A stretch of DNA of 64,000 bases from a virus. Shown here piece by piece: positions 1 to 9,025 of this stretch. Position 1 is the first letter of the stretch, and each line of letters starts with the position of its first letter. The stretch is from IMG/VR virus record IMGVR_UViG_3300010885_054390, positions 16,255 to 80,254 of that record. One strand, written 5' to 3'. Under the pieces are notes generated by a model that was not told the DNA's origin, made no database searches, and saw nothing but the letters and a program-made list of their open reading frames with translations. Both the position numbers and the translations under genes were made by a program.

Positions 1-294
1 AACGCTTTGCGTTTTTCCGAGGAGTATAACGGCAAGCGTTATGGATTGGCGATGTGGACACTTCGTGGTTCCGCATACAAATCCGCAAAGCAAATCTTCA
101 CCAGTATGCGTTCCGTTCTGCGGAATGGCTTAGAGGCTGGCAAATGGGAGTGTGTTTCGAAGTATGTTTCGAAGGACACTAAACAGAGCTGGTACGAGCC
201 AAGCATGAGGCTTTTGGGTCTCCACGACGCGAAGTTCACGGAGTGGGCCAAGAAGATCAAAGAAGGCATTGCGACGACACCCTCGGCAGAGTAA
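1..294 (+). CDS. 5'-truncated replication-module protein (possibly ssDNA-binding-like)
   Basis: Frame is open from the window start to TAA at 292-294 and lies directly upstream of the replication genes; function is inferred from position only. Confidence 0.45.
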   Translation, partial: NALRFSEEYNGKRYGLAMWTLRGSAYKSAKQIFTSMRSVLRNGLEAGKWECVSKYVSKDTKQSWYEPSMRLLGLHDAKFTEWAKKIKEGIATTPSAE

Positions 295-300
295 CTAGTC

Positions 301-603
301 GTGGCAGAAACCTACCCCAGCCCGGAGGAAGTAGCTTGCGTTGCGAGCGAAACCATTCTTGCTTTGATGACTCGAGGAGGCACAGCTTCTTCGGGCTCAG
401 ACAAGTCCGGGCCGGGGGATTGGTTTTGGCGAGATAACTTTCGGTATAATACTGACAGAATTATTTCTCACTTGTCGGCAGCTACCCAAATGATTGACGG
501 CAATAAGAATATGGATGCAGAGGGACCCGAGGGACATCTAGCTAGAGCCTTATGTAGAGCAGCTTTCGTTTTTATTAAATTCAAGAAAGGAAAAATTAAA
601 TGA
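301..603 (+). CDS. dATP/dGTP diphosphohydrolase-like protein (DUF5664-like)
   Basis: W...Y..DR..SHL....DG....D.EG...HLARALCRAAF matches the DUF5664 W/HL/D-E/HLA pattern; lies next to the DNA polymerase. Confidence 0.65.
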   Translation: MAETYPSPEEVACVASETILALMTRGGTASSGSDKSGPGDWFWRDNFRYNTDRIISHLSAATQMIDGNKNMDAEGPEGHLARALCRAAFVFIKFKKGKIK

Positions 604-845
604 GTGCTACTGTAGAAATTAAATTCTTAGAAAAAACTGATGAACCCGGAAATGTAAAAATTGAGGTCTATACCTCTAAGTTTGAGCCCAGTCAGGCAGA
701 ACTTACAATGGCCAGAGCCTTTCATACTTCGGTTGTCGACTGCATAGATGATGTGGTTAAACGGACAAACGAACAAAAATCTACAACCCAAGACACTGAG
801 GTTAAAAAAGATGCTCCCAGAATCATTACGCCCGACAGCTATTGA
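600..845 (+). CDS. hypothetical protein
   Basis: 81-aa ORF with ATGA overlap to the upstream gene. Confidence 0.6.
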   Translation: MSATVEIKFLEKTDEPGNVKIEVYTSKFEPSQAELTMARAFHTSVVDCIDDVVKRTNEQKSTTQDTEVKKDAPRIITPDSY

Positions 846-2580
846 CTTTGAAAGTTACTACGACGACCAACTCAGCATTGGGATACAAGGACAAGAAAAG
901 TACTTAGAGCAAACTGATGTCTATATGGTGGCTATCGCCTCCGATGACGTCAATTATTGCGGCCCAGTTGAGAAGGCTCCGTGGGAGAAGATTGATGGGC
1001 GCCTATGGTTAGCCCATAACTACAGCTTCGACGGTTGTGTGGTGGAGGTTCTCCGTAGAAAGGGAATTATCCGAAACAGTAAGGCGGGGGCACAGTTTTG
1101 TACCTCTAACTTAGCTGCCTACCTACAGTGTCCGAGAAGCTTGGCAGACGCCTCCCATTTCTTGCTCAACAGAAGCATATCTAAGGACCCTCGAAAGTTT
1201 ATGAAGGGGAAGCATTGGAAGGATGTAGAGGAGGAAAAGAAAAAAGAGATTATCCAATACGCAGAGGCAGACGCGAAGACTTGCTTGGAGCTGTTTAATA
1301 AATACTCTGCGAAGATGCCTGCTCACGAAGTAGAGCTAGCGAACCACACTACTGAGATGGGGTGGAAGGGCTTGGCCATCGATAAAGAAAAAGTAAAGCA
1401 AGGCATCGAGAAGTTGGAGTGGGCGATGATTAAGGCCGAAAGAGAAATTCCTTGGGCCCAAGAAGATCTCCCCCCACTGAGTCTTGTTGAATTAGCGAAG
1501 TGGTGCCGAGATAAGGGCATTGAGCCGCCTGTCACTACCAATGAGGACAGCCCCGAGTGCATTGAGTGGGAGGAGAAATACGGGGAGAAATATCCTGTGG
1601 TTGCAGCTATGCGAACCTACCGCAAGGCCAATACTATTCTTTCCAAGATTAAAATCCTCGAGACAAGAATGCGACCCGACGGAACCTTCCCCTACGGCCT
1701 TCGATATTGCGGAGCCTTCACGGGAAGATTTTCCGGAGACAGTCGCTTTAATATGCAGAATCTTCCGAGGGGAGAAATTCTCGGCGTAGATCTTCGTAGT
1801 TGCATTATTCCAAGGCCCGGAAAAATATTTGTCATTGCGGACTTCGCGCAGATTGAGCCGCGAGTACTTGCCTACATTGCAGGCAACGAAAAACTTCTTG
1901 AGGCGATGCGGGAGGGCTACGGAATCTATGAAGCCTTTGCCGCCGGCGCCTTAGGATGGCAGGGAAAACCCGGAACCTTTAAGAAAACTGATCCCGCTGG
2001 ATATATGCTAGCGAAGGCATCCGTCTTGGGGCTGGGTTATGGCGCAGGGTGGAAGAAGTTCAAGCAAATTGCAGCGATGCAATATGGCTTAAAATTAAAT
2101 GATGAAGAGGCGTCGAAAACGGTTGACAACTTCCGTACACGGAACAGACAGATAGTTAACCTATGGCAGAAACTCGAAGCTGGGCTAAAGAAATCGCACA
2201 AGACGGACTTCGAGGTGGAGCTTCCGAGCGGAAGGAGTCTGGTGTATCGGGGGGTGGACGACTCCCTCCGGAATCCCTATGGGAGACCTGCTTGGGGCGC
2301 TTCTCAGGGGTATGCGAAGGAGAAAGTGACATTATGGGGTGGGAAGCTCTGCGAGAATGTTATCCAAGCTACAGCAAGGGACATCTTAGCGGAGTCAGTT
2401 CTACGCCTAGAAAAGAGTGGATTTCCAGTGGTATGCCATATACATGACGAAGTCATCGTAGAATGCGACCCGGATACCAACATCGAAGACATCAAACAAC
2501 TTTTATGTAAGGCGCCCGAATGGATGGAGGGTCTTCCCATCGACGTCGAGGCCGAGAAAGCGGAGTTCTATAAAAAATGA
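811..2580 (+). CDS. polA: phage DNA polymerase, family A, with 3'-5' exonuclease
   Basis: Exo motifs AIDFESY, AHNYSFD, YAEADA; motif A ADFAQIEPRVLA, motif B AKASVLGLGYG, motif C HIHDEV; ATG 811 preferred over 748. Confidence 0.95.
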   Translation: MLPESLRPTAIDFESYYDDQLSIGIQGQEKYLEQTDVYMVAIASDDVNYCGPVEKAPWEKIDGRLWLAHNYSFDGCVVEVLRRKGIIRNSKAGAQFCTSNLAAYLQCPRSLADASHFLLNRSISKDPRKFMKGKHWKDVEEEKKKEIIQYAEADAKTCLELFNKYSAKMPAHEVELANHTTEMGWKGLAIDKEKVKQGIEKLEWAMIKAEREIPWAQEDLPPLSLVELAKWCRDKGIEPPVTTNEDSPECIEWEEKYGEKYPVVAAMRTYRKANTILSKIKILETRMRPDGTFPYGLRYCGAFTGRFSGDSRFNMQNLPRGEILGVDLRSCIIPRPGKIFVIADFAQIEPRVLAYIAGNEKLLEAMREGYGIYEAFAAGALGWQGKPGTFKKTDPAGYMLAKASVLGLGYGAGWKKFKQIAAMQYGLKLNDEEASKTVDNFRTRNRQIVNLWQKLEAGLKKSHKTDFEVELPSGRSLVYRGVDDSLRNPYGRPAWGASQGYAKEKVTLWGGKLCENVIQATARDILAESVLRLEKSGFPVVCHIHDEVIVECDPDTNIEDIKQLLCKAPEWMEGLPIDVEAEKAEFYKK

Positions 2581-4745
2581 AATCGACAACGTTATTCAAG
2601 CTACCGTCCCTTTTGGGACATGAAGTAAGTCCATGCGTGCCTTGGGAGGAGAAACACCCATCTTGGAAGACGCCGAAGAACAAGCAGGAGGCGGATGCAG
2701 CCGCTAGCGACCCTCACTATGACGGATGTTATATTTCCGCCTACGAGGGTCTAACGCCGGGTCTTCGGGTAACCGCCACTAACAAGCCTTTTAAGATGCA
2801 CGGCATTATCGCCGACTTCGATTGCTTAGTTAGACCGGAGGATATGGAGGAAACCTTTAAGAATATGCGGGATGAGAACCGCCCAACGGCCTACCATAAC
2901 ACTATGTCGGGGGGTGTGCGGGCTATTTGGATGTTTGAGACCCCCATTCCAATCTATGGAGAGGCTCACGATACAGTTGTTAGTCATTTGTTAGATGTCC
3001 TTCATATCAAGAAGCTTTTCCCGAGGCTTGACCCTTGTGTGAAGCAGGCCAATCAGTATTACATTTGGAGCCCACACAATCTAACAGTTACTAAGAACTT
3101 ATTGGCCTCGGAGCGGTTAAACGCCATTGTCTTCGACGCCTTGGATCGTAAGAAGAACTTTAAGGGCAACGGAGATGTGGAAATACCCCTCGAGGAGGTT
3201 AAGAAGAGGGTGGAGGAGCTTTATCCGGGTGGATGGACTGGCTCCTTCGAGCCGAAGAGCCGTGGTAATCCTTTCTGGAACCCCAGCCGTAATTCCCCAC
3301 GGGCAGCGATGGTTACGCCGACGGGAATGGTGGCCTTTGGTGAGGAGAAAGGTTTCTTCACTTGGGGAGAACTCCTTGGAAGAGATTGGGTAGAGGGCTT
3401 TGAGCAGGCGAGATTTGGTAGGCCTTCCTCCGAGTGGTTCTTCAACACCGATAGGTATTGGAAAAAAGATAACCACGGAGCTTGGAGATCCTATGCGAAG
3501 GAAGACGCCAGATTGGAAATCCAACACCGCTATAGGCTCTCGAAGCGACCACGCAATCCCGACGACCTAAGTGAAGTTGACCGCGCCTTGGTCCACATCC
3601 GAGAGGTGAACACCGTCGAGGGAGTTATTCCGCTCCCCTTCCATCCAGAAGATGTAGTTTACTTGGAGGACATCGGGAAGGTCATTAACACCTCGAAGGT
3701 TCGTCCGATGGAGCACGCAGAAAAGGCCGGAGAGTGGGGGGAACACTTTCCATTCCTAGCCAAGTTCTTTACGGGCTTCTTCGAGGACGAAGACTCCGTC
3801 GACCCTCTCCCGTATTTTCTTGCTTGGATTAAGCGCTTTTACGTAGGTGGCCTACATAAGAAGCCGAATCAGGGTCAGGCAATCTTTTTGGCCGGAGGCG
3901 TAGGTACGGGCAAGACTCTATTGGGTCAGGTTATCCTTGGGTACATTATTGGGGGCTTTAGTGATGCCTCTGCGTATCTTTGCGGTTCTACAAGCTGGAA
4001 CGGGCATTTGCTTCGCGTTCCATTGTGGAGCGTCGACGATACAATGGCAGCCGTAAGCTACGACAAGCACGCGGCCTTCAGTAATATGATTAAGCGAGGA
4101 GTAGCCAACGTCACGCACGTCTACGAGGAGAAATATGCTCCCACGGTTAAGATGACTTGGAAGGGTAGGATTGTCGTGACGATGAACGATGATGCCGAGA
4201 GCATTAACGCCATCCCGCTTCCAGACGGGAGCATCCTCGACAAGATTATGTTGTTCAAGGTCGCTCACCGTAGATTTCCCTTCCCGAAGGGAGATGTGCT
4301 GGAATACACCATTAAACAAGAGCTGCCACATTTGCTAGCGTGGCTTATGAAGTGGGAAATACCAGAGGAAGTAATTTCAAAGGATGAGCGCTTCGGGGTG
4401 CGGAGCTACCATCATCCAACCCTTCTTGCGGGAGCCAAAGTGCAGACCCGTGGAAATATGATGTCGGAGCTCATCGACCTTTGGGTAGAGACCAAGAGGG
4501 AGAAAGAGGAATCTGTTTGGGACGGGACGGCTACCGACCTGTTCCTAGATATGTCAGTGAATGACAGGCTTACCTCTGTTATCCGAAGCTATATCCCTTC
4601 TGCGGACGCCCTTGGGAGGCGTATGTCGATCCTATTGAACATTCGAGAGGACATCAAGAGAGCCATAACCAAGGGTAGGGCAAAGTACTTTATAACCATC
4701 CCAGCCTTGGATAAGCCAAAGGAAGGGGTTAAACTGAAGCTATGA
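2577..4745 (+). CDS. primase-helicase (N-terminal primase-like domain, C-terminal DUF5906/D5-like P-loop NTPase)
   Basis: N-terminal ADFD and T.SGG.RAIW motifs; Walker A GGVGTGKT, Walker B WSVDD; ATGA-coupled to polA. Confidence 0.85.
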   Translation: MKSTTLFKLPSLLGHEVSPCVPWEEKHPSWKTPKNKQEADAAASDPHYDGCYISAYEGLTPGLRVTATNKPFKMHGIIADFDCLVRPEDMEETFKNMRDENRPTAYHNTMSGGVRAIWMFETPIPIYGEAHDTVVSHLLDVLHIKKLFPRLDPCVKQANQYYIWSPHNLTVTKNLLASERLNAIVFDALDRKKNFKGNGDVEIPLEEVKKRVEELYPGGWTGSFEPKSRGNPFWNPSRNSPRAAMVTPTGMVAFGEEKGFFTWGELLGRDWVEGFEQARFGRPSSEWFFNTDRYWKKDNHGAWRSYAKEDARLEIQHRYRLSKRPRNPDDLSEVDRALVHIREVNTVEGVIPLPFHPEDVVYLEDIGKVINTSKVRPMEHAEKAGEWGEHFPFLAKFFTGFFEDEDSVDPLPYFLAWIKRFYVGGLHKKPNQGQAIFLAGGVGTGKTLLGQVILGYIIGGFSDASAYLCGSTSWNGHLLRVPLWSVDDTMAAVSYDKHAAFSNMIKRGVANVTHVYEEKYAPTVKMTWKGRIVVTMNDDAESINAIPLPDGSILDKIMLFKVAHRRFPFPKGDVLEYTIKQELPHLLAWLMKWEIPEEVISKDERFGVRSYHHPTLLAGAKVQTRGNMMSELIDLWVETKREKEESVWDGTATDLFLDMSVNDRLTSVIRSYIPSADALGRRMSILLNIREDIKRAITKGRAKYFITIPALDKPKEGVKLKL

Positions 4746-4942
4746 TCTCTAATATGGAGGTAATTGCGTCGATTGCACTAACATTGCTGTATTGGGTATT
4801 TATGTACATATTATTGCCAGTTGTGTGCGTTACCCTTGCAATTTTACTGCTAATAGTAAGTATTGCCTTTGCTTTAGTGGTTAAGAATAGGTACAAAGGG
4901 CCAAACTGGTTCCTGCGGAAACCAAGGCGCCCATTCCCATAA
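4742..4942 (+). CDS. small membrane protein
   Basis: About 40 hydrophobic residues followed by a basic tail; ATGA overlap. Confidence 0.55.
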   Translation: MISNMEVIASIALTLLYWVFMYILLPVVCVTLAILLLIVSIAFALVVKNRYKGPNWFLRKPRRPFP

Positions 4943-4943
4943 C

Positions 4944-5026
4944 GGGCAGATACCGAAGCGGTTAAACGGGGAAGACTGTAAATCTTCTGGCTTACGCCTT
5001 CAGTGGTTCGAATCCACTTCTGCCCA
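4944..5026 (+). tRNA. tRNA-Tyr(GTA)
   Basis: Acceptor GGGCAGA/TCTGCCC, anticodon arm GAAGA-CTGTAAA-TCTTC, long variable arm, T arm AGTGG-TTCGAAT-CCACT, discriminator A; CCA not encoded. Confidence 0.95.
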
Positions 5027-5037
5027 ATCCTTTAAAC

Positions 5038-5251
5038 ACCCCTTTGGGGTGGTCTTGTACCCCGGGGGTGGACTTAAATAGGCTTGGTTTTTGATTTGTA
5101 AGTCGTTGATGGCCAGAGCCGGGGTGGACTTAAATATACTTACTTAACTTCAAAAAGAGTTTATTATAGTATGTATATGTGTTTTGCTCAGAGCCACGGC
5201 CCCTCCTGCCGGAAAGTCTTTGGGGGTACTTACTAAGTCCGAAGTCCACCC
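5038..5251. repeat. iterated GGGGTGG(A/T)CTT boxes around an AT-rich core; candidate replication origin
   Basis: GGGGTGGACTTAAATA at 5065 and 5121, GGGGTGGTCTT at 5046, inverted AAGTCCACCC at 5242; intergenic, just after primase-helicase and tRNA. Confidence 0.5.
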
Positions 5252-5296
5252 TAAGTTTTTCTTTGCATTTTGCAACGAAACCTGTACAACTTGCAA

Positions 5297-5701
5297 ATGG
5301 ACAACGAACAACCACCAAAAGACATCGCTAAGAACGGCGTTCTACTATTAACTTCTTTTGTTGCAGCTCAGAATCAATTCCGTATTTACCATTGGCAGAC
5401 TAGATCTTTCTCGCAGCACGAAGCCTTCGGGAAAACCTATGAATCCCTTTCCGAGCACGTAGACGAGTTTATAGAAGTATTTATGGGCAAGTACGGCAGG
5501 ATTATTGCCGATACGGCTTTTAATTTTACTCTTCAAAATTATTCAGAGGCTGCATTGGTTTACGCTGACAGATTTGAAGAATTTCTTGTTGATATGGTTC
5601 CAGCTATGTTGGACCCCACTGACGACACAGACCTATTAAATATTCGAGACGAGATTCTTGCAGCGGTAAACAAGCTTCAATATCTCCTGACCCTCAGTTA
5701 A
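5297..5701 (+). CDS. ferritin/Dps-like protein (DUF5856-like)
   Basis: HWQTRSFSQHEAFG.YE.L...VDEFIE and DLLNIRDEI....KLQYLLTL four-helix-bundle signature. Confidence 0.8.
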   Translation: MDNEQPPKDIAKNGVLLLTSFVAAQNQFRIYHWQTRSFSQHEAFGKTYESLSEHVDEFIEVFMGKYGRIIADTAFNFTLQNYSEAALVYADRFEEFLVDMVPAMLDPTDDTDLLNIRDEILAAVNKLQYLLTLS

Positions 5702-5709
5702 ACGTTTTA

Positions 5710-5934
5710 ATGACGTTTCTACCCATTGAGAGGTGGGTGCAAACACCCTTAGGTCAGGCTCTATGGATTGCCGTTATTGACTACGGCCTAAGCCACAATC
5801 CCGTATACCTTGTAGAAATTTGCTCGACCGGAGAGCATCGCTGTATAGATATGAGAGAGATCCGAGGAATGGAAAATCAAACCTATGATATGCCAAGGCC
5901 CAAGCAACCCGAAGCACGAGACCCGATGATATGA
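5710..5934 (+). CDS. hypothetical protein
   Basis: 74-aa ORF in a tightly packed operon. Confidence 0.6.
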   Translation: MTFLPIERWVQTPLGQALWIAVIDYGLSHNPVYLVEICSTGEHRCIDMREIRGMENQTYDMPRPKQPEARDPMI

Positions 5935-6203
5935 AAACTCTATCTCGAAGCGCGAAACGCGAAGCAATAGCCGAGCTTAACGAAGACGCTATGTTTGCAG
6001 ACGATCACGACAACGCTCTTATTGGTTTCATGGAACACTTTTCAGTTGGGCCAGTTGCAACGTACGACAAAGCAATTGTCCTTAAGAACCTTTGCGAACG
6101 AGACGGGATGAGCGAAGAAGATGCGGAGGAGTGGTTTTACTACAACATCCTTGGCTCGTATGTTGGCAGCGGAACCCCGGCCTTTTTGACTTTTTTGAAA
6201 TGA
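5931..6203 (+). CDS. conserved phage hypothetical protein
   Basis: AD..D.ALIG...YD...DGMSEEDAEEWFYYNILGSYVG..TP pattern common in aquatic phages. Confidence 0.7.
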   Translation: MKTLSRSAKREAIAELNEDAMFADDHDNALIGFMEHFSVGPVATYDKAIVLKNLCERDGMSEEDAEEWFYYNILGSYVGSGTPAFLTFLK

Positions 6204-6382
6204 TCTTTGAAGATGAAGATTCCATTCGGATTCTATCTACGGGCGAAATTATACCCGTCGGCAAATGGATTGGCCGCTATGAGCCGGACGATGATTATAT
6301 TGTTTACTACACTTCCTCAAACGGTTTAATGTTTGGGACCCAATCGTCGGACATTGAAATAATAAAACGCAAAGGATCTTGA
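6200..6382 (+). CDS. hypothetical protein
   Basis: ATGA overlap at 6200. Confidence 0.55.
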   Translation: MIFEDEDSIRILSTGEIIPVGKWIGRYEPDDDYIVYYTSSNGLMFGTQSSDIEIIKRKGS

Positions 6383-6385
6383 CCC

Positions 6386-6673
6386 ATGAGCGATACAATC
6401 AATAATTCAAATAAGCACTGGCCTCAAACTGAAATGAAGAAAGATTTCTCGTTGGAGCGAGAGTTGGATAAACTTCATAAGTTTTACGGCAAAATCGTGG
6501 AGCACTGCGAAATGTACCATAAAGAAGTTAAAAGCCTTACCGCACGCCTAGACGAAAGTTGGTCTATGGTTAAATCCAGTAACGACACCATTCTTAAACT
6601 TCAGGAAGAAGTAAAAGCCCTACAAGCGAAGATGGACGCACACTCAAATGATTTCAAAAGCCTCCCCCAGTAA
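6386..6673 (+). CDS. coiled-coil hypothetical protein
   Basis: 95-aa ORF with heptad-like character. Confidence 0.6.
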   Translation: MSDTINNSNKHWPQTEMKKDFSLERELDKLHKFYGKIVEHCEMYHKEVKSLTARLDESWSMVKSSNDTILKLQEEVKALQAKMDAHSNDFKSLPQ

Positions 6674-6920
6674 AGAGTTTCTTTTTAAGATCCGGAATAC
6701 CCGGAAGATAGACATGGTCGAGCTGGACATCGACTGCGCCCCCCATGTTATTGACGGGCTTGTGGCCTACGGTATGAATTTAATTAAAGATGACAAAGAA
6801 GCCCTTTTCAACTACGCCTTTAACGCGGCCCTCAAAGAATACCTCAAAGACAAAAAAGCCAGTGGGCCGGCTCGAAAAAGCCTTACAAAAAAAGATTCGA
6901 AGCGGCGAAAAAGCTCTTGA
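6648..6920 (+). CDS. hypothetical protein
   Basis: 90-aa ORF with basic C-terminus. Confidence 0.55.
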   Translation: MISKASPSKEFLFKIRNTRKIDMVELDIDCAPHVIDGLVAYGMNLIKDDKEALFNYAFNAALKEYLKDKKASGPARKSLTKKDSKRRKSS

Positions 6921-7126
6921 TAAGTATTTGGCGATCCGTACCAAGCGGCTTGGTAAGTAAGCTTCTGCTTCTACCTTCTTTAGCTTTCTACCTTCTCGGC
7001 GATCTAGTTAGCCGAACCCTTCTCCGTATTGGCTTTGGTTACCGGCTGTACAGCACTCTTATGGAGTGGTCGCTGGTCTTAGACAGAGAAGACCGAATCT
7101 GGAAACCCGTAGATACTGTAAAATAG
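6917..7126 (+). CDS. small hydrophobic hypothetical protein
   Basis: TTG start overlapping the upstream stop; hydrophobic segment. Confidence 0.45.
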   Translation: MISIWRSVPSGLVSKLLLLPSLAFYLLGDLVSRTLLRIGFGYRLYSTLMEWSLVLDREDRIWKPVDTVK

Positions 7127-7261
7127 TCGAGGGGTGTTAAGGATAGAAGCGTGGGCTGTCTCCCTTTCGGGGTTCCCAATTTTCGTCCGGAGTTTTCCTC
7201 CGACTCTAATCCCCTCATTATATATACGCCGTTTCCGGGGGCCAAAATCAACCAAAAATAA

Positions 7262-7326
7262 TTTTTTTTTTTTGTAAGAGAGTCAATAATTAGCGAACGC
7301 GGGGCGGGGGTGGGGGCGGGAGGGGG
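7262..7326. other. T12 tract followed by a G-quadruplex-like tract
   Basis: T run 7262-7273; GGGG-C-GGGGG-T-GGGGG-C-GGG-A-GGGGG at 7301-7326. Confidence 0.7.
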
Positions 7327-7443
7327 CGTGTCTGAAGTCTGACGCCTGCGTCTGAAGACAGGGGTGCCCCCGTCATCCGATAAGTCGCACAATAGACAGT
7401 GTATCAACTACGTTGATATCTGTCTAACAATCAACGCAGTTGT

Positions 7444-8004
7444 TTAACTGCCTTCGGCAGGCTTAACCGACGTTTCGATTGCTATCGAATCCCGAATCTG
7501 ATTCGGATTCGACTTCAAATTGGGATTCGAAGCGAGGAAAGCGACATTGATAATCGGACGATTATCACCTTTAACTTGCTGTGCTTCAATACCATAGACT
7601 GACTTCGCCACACTATGAACCTTGTTCATAGCGTTAAAAGTAGTGTCGACCTCTGAAACTGATACCATTGAACTCTGTTCAATAGCAACGAGGCCTCGGT
7701 CAACCTGTTTCTGCACCCTTTCAAGGTATCGTTTCTGTAAATTAGTAACATTGTCTTCGACAATCGACTGCTGTATTGCAATGGCTCTATTGGCTGTTTG
7801 CTCTAGTATTGCATCTCTCTCCTCGAACCATTTACCTCTTGATACCCAAGAGTTAATGGTTCCCAACTTGAGACCATACTTCTCTGCCAACTGATTGTTA
7901 GTGAGTCTAGTGGTCATGTAAGCAATCTTGACCTGCTCTTTAACGTTCTTCCCAACTCTATAACGTTTCCCGTTATTAGAGTTGCTCTGCTCTGTTAAGC
8001 TCAT
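7444..8004 (-). CDS. small-terminase-like HTH protein
   Basis: N-terminal HTH (TNNQLAEKYGLKLGTINSWVSRGKW), helical middle, C-terminal beta strand IINVAFL; isolated gene opposite the early region. Confidence 0.6.
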   Translation of the reverse strand: MSLTEQSNSNNGKRYRVGKNVKEQVKIAYMTTRLTNNQLAEKYGLKLGTINSWVSRGKWFEERDAILEQTANRAIAIQQSIVEDNVTNLQKRYLERVQKQVDRGLVAIEQSSMVSVSEVDTTFNAMNKVHSVAKSVYGIEAQQVKGDNRPIINVAFLASNPNLKSNPNQIRDSIAIETSVKPAEGS

Positions 8005-8073
8005 CTTCAATCTATGCTACAAAGAGTTAGAACAATAGCAATACCGAAGCACGTTGAATCTTACGCGAGCCTT

Positions 8074-8237
8074 TTAATAGTGTATTGCATTGCAATACTC
8101 TATTAACCCTTGTCAACGAAGCACTTTCCTCTGTAGCAATTACCCCGTTTATATATGACTATTCAGATAGTCATATTTAAACGACTCTGAAAAGCGACGC
8201 CGTTTACCCTTGGATCCTTTAGATCCAAGGATAAACG
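8074..8237. repeat. three long inverted repeats (16-17 bp arms)
   Basis: 8074-8106, 8146-8183 and 8201-8237, each with a single mismatch. Confidence 0.85.
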
Positions 8238-8346
8238 AACAGAATCCTACAGAGAGGCGAACCTATGTCTGCACCAGCTTGCAAGCACCTAGTACGCAAA
8301 AAAGCGTACGTCATAGCGTACACATAACGCGACTTCTCACCTTCGG

Positions 8347-8376
8347 TGTCACCGCCGTTTAACCGACCTCAACCTA
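8347..8376 (+). promoter_or_regulatory. phage-specific bipartite promoter-like motif, copy 1
   Basis: TGTCACC-N15-TCAACCTA, upstream of the first early gene. Confidence 0.75.
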
Positions 8377-8442
8377 TTTAGCGACATCGAAACTTGCCGT
8401 TGGCGAGATCGGCGTCGAACCCAAAAAAGGAAAATCAATAAC

Positions 8443-8541
8443 ATGACAACATACGAACAAGCCTACACGGAACTCTGCGAACTCTTCGGAGTCGACAGCG
8501 ACGAAACCCTTGCCATCAACCCCCCGTACCTAGTGGACTAG
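8443..8541 (+). CDS. small acidic early protein
   Basis: 32-aa ORF MTTYEQAYTELCELFG with AAGGA upstream. Confidence 0.45.
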   Translation: MTTYEQAYTELCELFGVDSDETLAINPPYLVD

Positions 8542-8566
8542 TCCACTACACAAGGAGACCACCACG

Positions 8567-8875
8567 ATGAACCTACCCACCTACAGCGAAGCCGTAGCCA
8601 CGGAGATCAGCACGCTCCGTAAGCGTTTGGAAGTGCTCGAGCAAACCCTTTGCCTCCCTCCGAGGAAAGCCAAAAGCTCCCTCCCAAGCTGGCTGAATGA
8701 CAAAGACCTCCGCTCCCACGAACAGAGGAGAGCCGAGTCCGTTCACTCTGCGACGAAGCTCCGCATAGAGTCTGCCTACGTTGCCATCCTCGAAGGACGC
8801 TCGGCGTCACTCAAGGATTGTGCAAGGGAGCATCGAGTGAGTCGCTCAACCCTAAAAACTGCCTTCAAAAGCTGA
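8567..8875 (+). CDS. early protein with C-terminal HTH-like motif
   Basis: AAGGAG RBS; SLKDCAREHRVSRSTLK HTH-like segment. Confidence 0.6.
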   Translation: MNLPTYSEAVATEISTLRKRLEVLEQTLCLPPRKAKSSLPSWLNDKDLRSHEQRRAESVHSATKLRIESAYVAILEGRSASLKDCAREHRVSRSTLKTAFKS

Positions 8876-8894
8876 ACCAAAGGAGAACATACAC

Positions 8895-8990
8895 ATGACA
8901 CCCGAAGCCCTCGACATCCTAGACACCATCGTAAGAGTAGCGATACCCGTAGTCGTAACTGGCCTATTCGTAGCCTGCTTCCACAGGTGA
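8895..8990 (+). CDS. small membrane peptide
   Basis: AAGGAG RBS; 31 aa with a hydrophobic segment. Confidence 0.45.
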   Translation: MTPEALDILDTIVRVAIPVVVTGLFVACFHR

Positions 8991-9025
8991 AGAAAAGCCC
9001 GAAGCCTTCGACCACCCCATAGGGG

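Noticed and set aside
4944-5026. tRNA-Tyr as a prophage attachment site
   Set aside because: Phage genes continue on both sides, and there is no duplicated 3-prime end and no integrase in the window
5038-5056. CACCCC-TTT-GGGGTG hairpin as a seventh promoter copy
   Set aside because: Not followed by GTCACC-N15-TCAACCTA
7039-7407. 122-aa minus-strand ORF
   Set aside because: Runs through the G-tract and T-run; the Pro/Lys runs are by-products of low-complexity DNA
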